From contig BDGG01000001.1 in assembly GCA_001949185.1 (NCBI GenBank), positions 7,452,149-7,516,148 on the forward strand: a stretch of 64,000 nt of DNA, written 5' to 3'. How positions within the stretch are numbered: position 1 is the first letter of the stretch; each line of letters starts with the position of its first letter. Made by a program: the position numbers and the translations under genes. Positions 44,815 to 56,308 of this stretch are shown here, piece by piece. The notes beneath the pieces were generated by a model that saw nothing but the letters and a program-made list of their open reading frames with translations, had not been told where the DNA came from and searched no databases. This stretch comes from Ramazzottius varieornatus. Its lineage: Eukaryota; Animalia; Tardigrada.

Positions 44815-45267
44815 TTCTCGGCAGATAGGAACGATGTCGCATGTCTGGCAATCCCCTAGTTGCTCATCAAAATTGCACAATACCTGAAGAGGAGAGTATT
44901 TTAGCGAATAGACGAGCTTGTGGTCAGTTCGTTATGGTTCCGACTTAGTCAGAAAGATACTTTCATGTTTCTTGTCTTATTATTGTATTCCGTACAGTGT
45001 ATACTCATTTTAGAATGAAAAATCAAAGAACTTAATCTGATAACGTTTTGCAGTAAGCTTTCGTGTTGGTTAGAAAATCGATCATGGAAAAGCTGAAACA
45101 ACTGACGGTGATGTGCTCGATTGGTGACGCAAGTGCATCTGCAAGTGGTGTTCGATTAGTGGTGCTTAGTGGCGCAAAAATGAGTGGGTACAGTCTTTTA
45201 GTTCGAGGCAGCGGATGGAAAAACGCGAATAAACAAAACAGTAATCACACGGCTAAGCTAGGACTGC

Positions 45268-46899
45268 TTAGATGTCCATTCTAATGCGCACGATCGGGTC
45301 CGCCACTTCGACAACCATCAGTCTGTTGTACGTGTCGTAAGCTGCTCGATTCTCCCGGTTAAAAACCGCACTGAGCGATAGTGGAACGAAGAACGCCCAC
45401 GAGTAGTTCTTTAAGAAGGAACGACAAATAGCTCTGGAAAAAGAACACAGAACGGGACAAAATTTTTCTCTTTTCGAGATGCAATGTCTGAGAGTTCGGC
45501 AAACAAACTCGACAAGACCGCTTTCCGCAACTGGCGCACGTTTCTAGTGTCAACTGGGCGCGTGCGCCACTTGGAAAAACAAACTTCTCGAGCTCACATT
45601 TTATTCAAAACTCCATGTTCAAAAGTTCTAGGTTTACAGATTTATTTTTTTATGCATGGAGACTTCCAGCTTACTGTGAATATGTTGGAGTGGCAGCTGG
45701 CTTTATCAGTACCATGCTATCCAGCACAATGTACTCATGGCACTGCACGATTCTCAGTCCCATCAGTCTTTTCCCGAAGGTCGCTCCACCATACTCGAAT
45801 CCCCACACCGTCATCACAGTCTAAACGTCAACATCAGTTCGGACTACAGTGTACTGCACTCCGTTACGCAAGTAATACCGAAACATACCTCGTACAAACA
45901 AGCCATGAAGCGATGTGCGAGTTCCATCAACGCTAGATCGAGCAACAGCTTCTTCGCCGTGTCGTAAGTTAGGTTCGCTTCAAGGTCGAAGACATCCTCG
46001 AACTCCTTCCAATCCCTAAACAATGACTGACCCATTGAATCCACATCTAGCAGAAAACCTTCATCGTAACAAAACAAACAGATTTTCTTACAGGAAGAAA
46101 AAGGCATCGAAGATGGTGTTGGTGAAGAAAAGCTTGATAGCCAACAGCAGAAGAATATCGATCATTTCTGCTATCACGCGCTTCCATATTTTCGGGTTCT
46201 TGAAACCCCTCCAGGAAGGATCTGAAACAGTGAAACAATACAGAAAGGGCGTAAAACTGAAACTCACATCAATTACGATGTAACACAGTAAGTTAGTTCC
46301 AACGTGTCACTGTACAGTTAGATACTGATATTCCACTGACGCACGCAAGGCGTCATAAGCAAAGCCGTGAGTACCGCAACCATCGCAGTGACGTCATGTG
46401 TGTTCTTATCCAAATATTTTAAACTTTATATTTTACCAATTTGGTTATTTGGTCCGACGGCGTTGACGATGATTTGCGGATGTCCAGGTCCAGCTGGTGG
46501 GTCATTCTGATGCGCCTGAAATCCAGCCACGACAGGGATGTTTCCTCCGACAACATTTGGGACGTGTGCATGACCAGCCACCCTCATAGGACCAACGACG
46601 GCCTGGGTACCGTGGACAGCTTGAAAGTTCTGGTTAGCCCACTGTTGCCACAACATCCGCGCCTGCATATCGCGCTGCTGCTGATCCCAGCACATCTTGT
46701 GCCACTGGTAGGCCCAGATCCATTGATGTAATGACTGAAAGTAGGCTTCTGATGGAGTTAGATTAACCGCGGTGGATGGAGGAACTGGATGTTCGGCTAT
46801 GGAGTCGTCACCGGAAGTGCTCGAGCGTTGTCGAAGACCATCAGGTTGCTGCGGGTTGTTTTGATCTGCAGCTGGTTGGGCGGCTTGGTAATCGACCAT
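45268..46899 (-). CDS. FAM8A1: FAM8A1-like RDD-domain membrane protein, 5 exons
   Basis: YFQSLHQWIWAYQW, WKRVIAEMIDIL, HRFMACLYE, GGATFGKRLMGLRIVQC, NRAAYD..MVVE. Confidence 0.85.
45490..45598. repeat. Intronic hairpin element, locus 10 (FAM8A1 intron)
   Basis: TGGCGCAC-N22-GTGCGCCACTTGG. Confidence 0.82.
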
Positions 46900-47196
46900 T
46901 ATCTTCTGAAACCATCATTGTATAAACCACGAAACGTTAAATACCAGGAAGAGCACAACTACTATGAAGATACACCTCGGAAAATCCCTCTTTCAGACAG
47001 CCAGCAGTTTCGAACTGCACCCCGACTTTCAAGGTCCTTCAGCCGAATGACGCTCCCCTAACCACACGTTTCCAACGCGGAACAAATGGTGAGATCAAGA
47101 AGTACGTGGACGTCGACTGTCGAGTCTCGACTCTCGAGCGGAAATGAGAAAACTACAAAAACAGATAGAACATTTTAAACTGCAGAACAGGCATGA

Positions 47197-47266
47197 GGAT
47201 CCGTCCTACGAGGCACGGGCCTGATAGAGATTTCTCTATCAAGATCGTGCCTCGTAGGGCGGAGCC
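47197..47266. repeat. ~70-bp near-perfect palindrome between the divergent FAM8A1 and CRIPT genes
   Basis: CCTACGAGGCACG..TGATAGAGA-TT-TCTCTATCA..CGTGCCTCGTAGG. Confidence 0.85.
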
Positions 47267-47859
47267 CCTCCGCTGAAGGGGATATTTTCCATTCCCAGCG
47301 CAAGCGTGGGGTCTGTTTTAGACTTCACGCTCGACTGCTCGAGTCCGTGCAAAAAGACTGGCCGGAACTAGCAGAAACTGATGTTGTGTGTGATGTCATG
47401 TCTATCAGCTGTTCGGTACATGCGTTTGCCAAATATGTGACCCACGATCCGGGAAGTCCTTTTCCACGTACCCGGACCGAATCCTGTCGGACCTGTCCCA
47501 CTGGATCGGTAGTTGACAGTATTTGACCACCCCGGAGGGCCGGAGCCCGGGAGCACTGGCGACTGGCGAGTGGCGAATGAGGGAGGTACCCTCGGGCGGC
47601 GGGTTTTCTTCCAAGGGCTGTTTGAGTTCGGATAGTTTTTCGGAGTTCTAATTCTGTTTTACTGTTGTTTTTTCGAGAGTTCTATACCATCGAGTATCTT
47701 TTTTGACGTCTCGAACAAGTTCCTTCGGATCTTCTCCCAGGTTCCGCCATAGCCGTGTGATATCACGATCCCTTTGCTCTATCAACAATCGCTGTACATA
47801 CCGTGAGAGCGATATTCTTCACCTTGGTTATATTACGGACGGGAAACTCATTCATCGTT

Positions 47860-48595
47860 ATGGTGTGTGAGAAATGTGAGTCCCATTTGTGCTTCTCTGG
47901 CCTTATGTGTCGTTCTCAAGGAGCCTGTAGCGTTTTGGTCAGTACTATGCTCTCCTCGTCTATCAAGGCTGTATCCTCGGTTTTTAGGCCAAGCCAAGTT
48001 AGGCAAAGTCATCACACCCGATCCATGGAAAACAGGCGCAAGAAACACAACGGGTAACACAACCTCATCCAGTCTTCCACGGCTCCATCTGCAGACTGAA
48101 GTTCACAAAATCCAACGTGTGAAATGCTTGATGCCTCGTATCGTTTCAGAAGGAGGAGGCCGGAAAGTGAATGAGAACAAGGCGCTGAGCTCAATGAAAG
48201 CACGGTACGTCAAAATATTCTGCCCACCGGAAGTCCTGTTTCGGACCTGTTTCAGTGAGAGTGGTGAGAGCAGCGAGCTTGCACTCGTCTTCGACATTGA
48301 CTTTACGTTTTCTCACTGCAGATTTTCTCCTTACGAAAAGTTTGACAAGTGCAAAATATGCAAAGTGACGACTCATCAGGCCGGATCTAATTACTGTCAG
48401 CCATGTGCCTACAAACTTGGTAAGAAAGCCAGGTGAATTCCCAATTATGCTTGTTGAAATCCATTTCCTCCCGCAACGAATAGGTCTCTTATTAATACTA
48501 TATTATAAGTATTCTGCTTTTTTTCCTCAGGAATTTGCGCCATGTGCGGCAAGAAGATGTTGGAAACAAAGAATTACAAGCAGACAGCCGTATGA
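47860..48595 (+). CDS. CRIPT: Cysteine-rich PDZ-binding protein, 5 exons
   Basis: MVCEK|CQAKLGKVITPDPWK..GGRKVNENKAL..CKICK..YCQPCAYKL|GICAMCGK..YKQTAV*. Confidence 0.96.
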
Positions 48596-49041
48596 AAGAA
48601 GGTACCACATCTCGAAATCGTTCCGTACAAATTGTAAATTTCCTGTACAAATTAAATTACTTTGTTGACACCCATTCCTGTCCAGTATCTACTACGGGAA
48701 CACCTTACCGTATTCCCTCGAAAGTTCGGCGAATCACGTGACTGTCGTGGTAAACATCATCCGGCGGGGAACAGAAAGTATCTATACCTTCAATCAAAGA
48801 CTGCCCCCCGGTCAAGCGTAATGATAGGCAACAATCAAACAATCAGCGATACCAGTGCGGGTGCAATTTACTGGCATGATGACGCAATTCGCGGAACTAT
48901 CGAGGGAATACAGTAAATGGTTTTTGGATAGTTTCCGAACATTTAACAGAAAGTGCCGCATTTCTCCACCGTAGAAATGTCTCGCAATCGGAGAGAAAAA
49001 TAGTCAGTGAGTCTGGCGCGTTCCTTGCCGCGAGGTTCTTT

Positions 49042-52000
49042 CTAAGCGCCACCTTTAGTTTGAACTCCCTGAATCCTTTTCTGTAACCTATCCCAGCCCG
49101 TCAGCTTCGTTCTCTTCGCTGGATCGTAATACGATCCCACAAAGCTTGTCAGAGGCAGAGCTTTATGTTCGCTGTGCGTCAACAGGTTCTTGGCGGTATT
49201 CATATCGATCAAGGGCGGCAGAGACCCATGTCGAATGTGCTTCTGCATGTTCTTCGGGAGGAGCCTTCCGATCTCCTGCGCAGTCTCCACTTCCAGCCTC
49301 AGTTCCCTCACATTGTCTCTTCGGACATGTCCAGCCGTTATTTTAACTGTCAAGTCGTTGACCTGACCGGCCTTCTCCCAGTAGCGCTGTACGAGGGCTT
49401 TGCGTTGCTTGGTGTGTTCCCTGTTCAACTGGCGCAGTTCTCTGGAGCGCACTTGTATGCCGCGTTGCATGTCTTGTGCGATGGCTTTGTAGGTTAGGGA
49501 CGACCGGTATCGATCGGTTACCTTTGTGATGACCATAGGTTTGCGGAAAGTGTATGAGGCGTCGGTCAGAGCCGGTGGAGGAAACTCAAGGTCGATTAGA
49601 GGGGTTTTCTTGTCGCGGAAATCCATGAGTAGTTCGCCGAATGTGAGTTTGTCTCCCACAACCATCTGTTCATCCTGTTGATATGCCAAACATGAATACT
49701 CTATTGGTGTTTTCGAACTGTTAACGCTCTAATACTTACTATAGTGCTACCAAATTATCGCGCACTTAACCACGTGACTAGTAAATGATGCCCGACCGGG
49801 AATTATAGACGCTTTACTGTTTTATCAACAATCAATGACAGCCGAACGGTAAGGACAATCTCACTCTTCAAAGTCGAACTCGAATGGATCATCTCCAACT
49901 GGAACGTAGTCTGCCAGCATGTAAGTTGGTTCTGGCAGAACACCAGCCTTTACCAAAGAGCTTTCAATAGTCAGAGGAGATACCTCTTCCCATGCTTGCG
50001 ACACAAAGTTGACGAAATCTTGACGTGAAGGTTCCTTCAGGTATCCAGACTTTGTCAATGCCGTTCGATTGTCCATCCATTCACGATAGATTCGTCTCAT
50101 TATGGCTTTCAGAGGACCATTTACCCGAACATTGAGAGGTTTTTTGTCTCCAGTTTTGCCCTTCGGAATCAGCAACTGTTGGACACCGCGCTCTTGTAGC
50201 AAGTCAACACTATTCTGACTCAAATGGGCTTTGCAGTGATCGCACCGTAATATCTGGGTTACCTGTGTGTCGTTAGCGGGAAAAGCTTCTTTCAGGTATA
50301 CCAGATCGAAGTCATTGGTCCACCACCCTTTCTGGTTACTCTTTACGATCACATTTTCAGGAATTTTCAGCTTCTTCATGCCGAAAGAACACCTGTCTTC
50401 TTGGCGCCTTTGAAGACGATCACGGCAGGATATTTTGTCCCGTCGGCGGCAACCATCAGCAACACCGTCATGTTCTCCTTACCACCCGGAGGCTGGACAG
50501 TGGGGACTTCATTTGCTCCCTTGAGCGCTAAAGTGTTACGGTAAGGGTTTTGAAGCTTGACGGAGGTCTTATCCATATTCCAGATAGTCGAAGGATCGAT
50601 CAGTTGGTTGTGCATTTCTTCCAGTTGCGCTTCATACTTTTCCATTGCTTTGATAACTTCCTCTGTGTCTTTAGTCTTCCTACCAACCTTAGTGGGAATC
50701 CTGTACGTGATTCCGTCGGCTTTCTTCCATTTCCAGACCCAGGTCCGAGAGACGTTACGTTTCAGGTTCAGCTCCTTCGATACTTGGTCAGCAGCCTTCT
50801 TGATGTCCGAATCGCGGGTGATTCTTTTCGACTATCTTCTTCACTATTCTCTTCCTTACCTCGGCTTCCATATCCAGCATCTGCTGACTCTTCTTCCGTC
50901 CACGTTTGCCTGGTAGCTTTTCTCTGTAAAGAAGAAACATCAAGTGTCGTCAGGTAAACGCGTCAGGTGTTCTTCTACCCACCTCCAGTGGCGTATCGTC
51001 GATTCAGGTATCCCTGTGAGCTTCGCATATCTTCTTCTGGATAATCCACTTTCCTCAAAGTTTTTCAAAGCTTCCTTTGCGTCATCCTCGGCGTAGAAGG
51101 TGCGGGGTTTAGCCATGATGAATCTTTTCAAGCTTCGAAACATACCTGAATCTCAACTAAATGTTGTTTCAGAAACGACTGAATTACACAATCAAGTCAA
51201 TCAATCCATACAGTTTTGGCAACTGATCATATCGGGCAACGATGACTAGTCACGTGGTTAATTGCGCGATAATTTGGTAGCACTACTTGTTTAGAGTGAA
51301 TGGATGCAACTTGTCTATTAGAAATGGATCAGTTTGACATAAGCTTTCGGCCGATGTGCGATCGGGACTTACCAAATCAAGACGCTTAGGCTCATGCGTA
51401 GTCGAACGCTCTCCTTTCTTTGGTTCTTCAAATCTCAGATTTTCCGAAACTTCATCTGTATCTTCAAGTCTGAGCTTGTCTGTGGTGTTCCGTCCTTGTG
51501 TGGTTTCGCTCATCGCATTCTTGAAGCGATGAATATCTAACCCACACTTGTCGCCGTCGTCCGCGCGAGTTGTCCGGGGTATGTCGGCTGTTTTCAGCTT
51601 GAAGTGAAAGAAGGATGGGTAGTCGTTTTCGTTGGGGACCTTCTTCAGATCCATATATTCGAACGACCACTGACGCCATCTAGAACACGAAAAGATTTGA
51701 AACTGATACTTCGTAACTTCTTTCGTATCCTCTGAAAACGCTTAGCAGAAATTCACAGATAAAACGTGCAGAGTATCACTTTGAAGAATACTAGGTGCAG
51801 CTTACAAGAGTTGATAGTGTTCGGAGACGGCTGCAAGGGTTCCAGAAAGCCAGCCGTACAGGTGGATTTCGAGGCTGGTCAGGAAGTATGGCTGGTAGAA
51901 ATGCTCGCGATGGAACGGGAAGAGCTCGTTGAAGGCCACGGAAACCGCTTGCGCTATTCCATCCGGATATGCCTGTGAAAACGGACACACGAAGGGTTAC

Positions 52001-55000
52001 ATAGGGGGTTCAATAAGTTTTAAAGCTGCGTTCACCAGAAATTCTGTGGTCGTTCGATCCCGGCACTTTTTTGCAGTAAAGTGAAGCAAATTATGAGCCT
52101 CTGTTGGGAAGTCATTCGTTGAAAAAATTTTGTAAAGTATATGGAGGGAAGATTTTTATGGCTCCACGTTCTAGGATAAATCTTGTAGTTTCTTCCCCAT
52201 CGCACGTTTGAGTTTGACTTTAGCTCTGGATGAAAGAGGGATGTCTAGTGATTAGTTCAGGCAGAAGGAAGTCAAGCTGGCTCGCTGTCAAGGCTTGAAA
52301 AAAAATTTCATTTTTGCACCAAGTGAAATGCGCAAGTGAAACGGGGAAAAACCAGCTATTGCCTTACCTGATCACCAGTCGGATTTTCGTGACCTTTCTG
52401 TTTTCTTCGCCACGTTTCCATTTCTGTTGAAAGTTAGTTTTCAGTCTGTATTCACTTCCCACTCTAGTTGCTTTTTGTTGGAGCGCTGAGAAATCATAAA
52501 TCTCAGATATTCAAAAAACTGCATTTTCACGATCGGCGCGGATAACATCGGGATAACATCACTTGGTGCGCGAGTTTACTAGAAAAATCGAAAAACGACT
52601 TTTGCATCTTTTCAGAATATTCGAATATTTCAAATTCCTTTTAATTCCGTCGACATTTTAATGGACGATCAGATTCTTCGAGCTTTCAGATATCGCAAAC
52701 ACAGTACTGAAAAAACACGCCACTTGATCGGGGTGATGAAAAATTTCACTGGTGAACCGTACTGTGAGTCACAAGTTACGACTTACGATGGCAGTACACG
52801 TAACGAGCCTAATTATTGGCCTGTTGTCAATTATTGGCCACCCGTTTATCTCGGCGATCAGTGATTTCAAGGCGCAAGGGACAACCCTGCCAAGCGTGGT
52901 TCTTGCCTTAGGAAAGAACGAGTTTGCGATAGGGCTATCATCTGTTGGCTGTTCTCGAGTACGGTCGTTGTCAGACCTAGCGTTTCTGCAATATTCTAAT
53001 TTTGACCGCCTTGCTAAGCTGGCAAACTTTCCTGTGATACAAGAGAAAGTTGCCGAGGAAAAACGACTACTTGCATTATGCAACGCAACGCAGTAAAAGT
53101 GCTCGCTCCACAATGGTTTGCCTCCTTTGCTCGGCCTTTCCAGTGGTCAGAACCACTAGCTAGTATTTTATCCTTCTGTTCGAGTACCAGGTACCTCATC
53201 TTTTGAGAATAGTGGTTAGAAGAGATGGTCCTTCCCTTGAAAGCGTGCTCTGGAAAAAGCACTTTCAGGGTGGTCTGTGCCTAAAAACTTATTGAAACTC
53301 CTCTGTATATTACCATATCAGATAGACTGCGTTGGTTGACTTGGTTCCCAAATATTTCCGACCATAAAGAACATTTAAGTGTTCTCTTAACATTTAAGTG
53401 TTCTATGATGCCATGAACTGTATGGCCATTAACATAGTGAACATGGCACTGCGCAAATACACCCCGCCCAAGACAACTTGCTACTTGGAATTTCGACGCT
53501 GAAAAATTCAAAGTACGACGTTACCATTCATGCTTACTCACGTTCGTGCAACTTTAAAAGCTACTTTCATTGAGCTATAGTAATATTTGTTGTATTGGAA
53601 AATATTGTTAGCTCGAAAAAGTTAAGCAGTATGACTTCTAGTGGGGAAGACATACCGCAGCAGGTAAAATGCTTCCTGCAGAAATTCCCGGTTGGAGTCT
53701 CATCCTCGACTGACGCAAACACACTTACTACTGTGTTGGTGGTCGAAAAGAATGGAGAAAGAGCAGGAAAATTCCGAAAGAATTTGCCAAACGAATTAAA
53801 ACCGACGAATTCCTCCGTTTTGCCCGGAAAACTCGCTTCTGGAAAATTCTCTAGGAGTGTTCCAGAACGGAAAATTTGCACTTCCCACCTCTTTCCCGGA
53901 AGTTCGATGTTTGTTCTACTGATATTCAATAACCGTACCGCGAGATATCAGTGGAAAACTGAAAAATAAGTTTTCGAACAGAGGCCCAAAAACGACGGGA
54001 GTTGGTGCTTTTGTCACTCAACACCTCCCCCGAGTTAAATGTCGATCCTGACTTTCTGTACAACAATTTCTGGCCAGTAAATTTCTTGGAGGTGGCAAAT
54101 AAAATTTACGCCAGGAGAAATTGGTTTCGAAGTGGAACTCGAATCGGGTCAAAACAGCCTTGGTGGTAGCAAGTTGGTTTGGGCGGGGTGTGACACAATG
54201 GGATGTTTGTGTGCTACGCAGTTCCAACATCTATTCGTCTGAACAGAGACCCACCTCGAGAATTTGGTCTCTTGTTGTGGCTGAAAGCTTATCGCGGACT
54301 GCCCGGAAGGCTTTGGCGATCAAACGTAACAGTAAGTTCTGCTTTGCTTCTGGCTTTGGAATTACCTGCAAGAACGACAAGACACAGCTCGTTCGTGTTA
54401 TCCATTTCAGTTCTAAACAACTAAGGTAATTTCCTCAATCAACCTATACCGAGCAGAAATGCTGAATGAAGAACCACCACCAGGCGAGCGCGAGGATCTG
54501 CCCTTGTACTCCATGGAAGACCGCCTGCCAGGTCCTTGCAGGAAATCCTTTCTGTGAACAACAACGCTGTAACTTTTTAAGATTAATCGATGAACGTTTT
54601 GGAGTCACCAATTACAACTGGTAGGATCGAAAACCTTACCGGAAAATGCTGCAGGTTAGTCACAGTCCGCAATACATATTTGGCGCTCAGGTTGAATGGT
54701 AGCGAAACTGCCAGCTGCCCTTCCAGATTCGGTAAGTGAAGATTCTGAAATACCAAAATGATCGAACTTGAACCAGCGTAGTTATTGATAGATCACGATA
54801 CTCAATTAGTTCGTATTACTCGCCTTGAAAGACCGGGCTTTCATTCCGCTGATCAGCTCCGACCTGACCGGTTGTTCGTAGTGCGACGGAGAAGGAAGGT
54901 TTTTCACGTTTAGTCTTTTCTCTTTCGATTTGCCTCTGCCACCTTCCACCGACAGAATTAACTCTGTAGGCTTTTCGCTGGCTCGCATCATAGCCATGTT

Positions 55001-55941
55001 GTCGAAAATCACTTGGTTGTCAATATGCTCCCTCTTTGCCGCTCGCTTGTCCGCAACCAGCTTAAGGTACTTACTCAACAACTCAGCAATCCTTTGTTTG
55101 TTCTGGTAGCGATGGTCATGAGCACCGGTGGGGAACTCTGGATCAGGTCGCTCGCCCTCTTTGGGCGTAACTTCGAACTGTTCGAGGACGTGTTTCACGT
55201 GGCTGCCTTTTATCTGACACTGGCGAAGGATGTTGTCGAGAGGTAGAAGGTACTGGTTCATTTCGTGCTGGAGCTTCTTGATCATTTCCGGGAACCGTTC
55301 GGGTGGGAGAAGGGGCATGGAAGCCTCCGCTTCGTCTTCCAAAGCGTGAGCCGAATCGGAAAGCGTAGCTGCTTCGCCTTTCGAGATAACCAGAGGCCAT
55401 CCCGTCTAAAGGAGAACGAACCATTCTGACGCTTGTGATAAGTTTAGTTGGGAAATCGACAGACAAACTTGGCAAGACTGTCTTCCCAAGTGGCGCACGT
55501 TCTTGGTGTTATTGGGTGGAGGTGTGCGCCACTCTGGAAAAAACGATCCTGTAGAGTTTGTTCCCCTAGGTTTCAGTTAAGAGTGTACGGTAGTAATATT
55601 CACGAGCTGATGGCCGATTACCACACGAAGGAGTTCTTCGAAGTTCTGGATGGAGTCGGGTGGTTCAGGAAGTGTTCCTTCGGCTGCCCGTTGCTTGACC
55701 CAGGCGTCCAAGCGCTACTCGGAAAAGCTATGAAAATAACTGTTACCTCCTGAACCTCTTTTATCGGTCTGTAATTCTAAAGTGTGAGAGAGCTCACCAG
55801 AATGCCGTGGTGGGGATCAGGCTCAATAAGGACATGTTTGGACTTGCTAAGGCCATTTGAGAACAGGTTTTGCAAAACGTCCGAATCTTTGATACTTGGA
55901 CATCTTCCTTGTCGCCTGTGCGTTCGCCGATTCTCAAGCAT
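49042..55941 (-). CDS. FAM227-like (FWWh domain) protein, ~9 exons, with transposons in its introns
   Basis: Exons read EPPDSIQNFEELLRV|TGWP, LPFNLSAKYVLRTV, ILALAWWWFFIQHF, TRDQILE|AYPDGIAQAVSVAFNELFP..GWLSG, LWRQWSF, with last exon ~49675-49042. Phases are consistent where checked. Confidence 0.72.
49742..51285 (-). mobile_element. pogo/Tigger-like DNA transposon, defective
   Basis: ~50-bp TIRs TAGTGCTACCAAATTATCGCGCA.. bounded by TA. HTH (GIPESTIRHW) and DDE_1 (WNMDKT, CDHCKAH, KPLNV with third Asp changed to Asn); frameshift at ~50377. Confidence 0.9.
51998..53308 (+). mobile_element. Tc1/mariner-type MITE (same family as 7350-8086) carrying an internal insertion
   Basis: Ends TACATAGGGGGTTCAATAAGTTTT..AAAACTTATTGAAACTCCTCTGTA. 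Confidence 0.8.
52621..53163 (+). mobile_element. Short non-autonomous Helitron-like insert with a Pif1 helicase C-terminal relic
   Basis: Absent from the 7350-8086 copy. Starts TC and ends with a hairpin then CTAG|T. Encodes KAQGTTLPSVVLALGKNEFAIGLSSVGCSRVRSL (Pif1 motifs V-VI). Confidence 0.7.
55449..55568. repeat. Intronic hairpin element, locus 11 (FAM227-like intron)
   Basis: CAAGTGGCGCAC-N25-GTGCGCCACT. Confidence 0.85.
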
Positions 55942-56308
55942 GGGGTCCACCGGTCGAATAAAAACTCTAATGAAATGAAACACTGAAGAACTTTAAGCTT
56001 CCGTATTTCGATGTTTAGGAGCGCTGACTGCCGATCGGGTGAGCTGCTTTCCGTGCGTTAGACACTTTTGCCCCACGTGTTGCTAGGCAAACGCTGCATC
56101 AGAGGCTGCATTGATCACGTGACACCCACTCCGACTACATAATAGTGGCAAACCTCTGTCGAAACTGAAACGATGATTGCGGAACTTTCGGCACGTAGCG
56201 CGAACACGCTGCTAGTTCTTTAGTAAACTGTAAACACTCTTCGGCGAAGTTTAACGTTGTAACGTCACAGCGATGTCATATACATCATGGACAATCGTTT
56301 TGACTTGA

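Noticed and set aside
45165-45312. Extra GTGGCG/CGCCACTT half-sites
   Set aside because: They are unpaired at the right spacing, and one lies within the FAM8A1 last coding exon (VEVAD).
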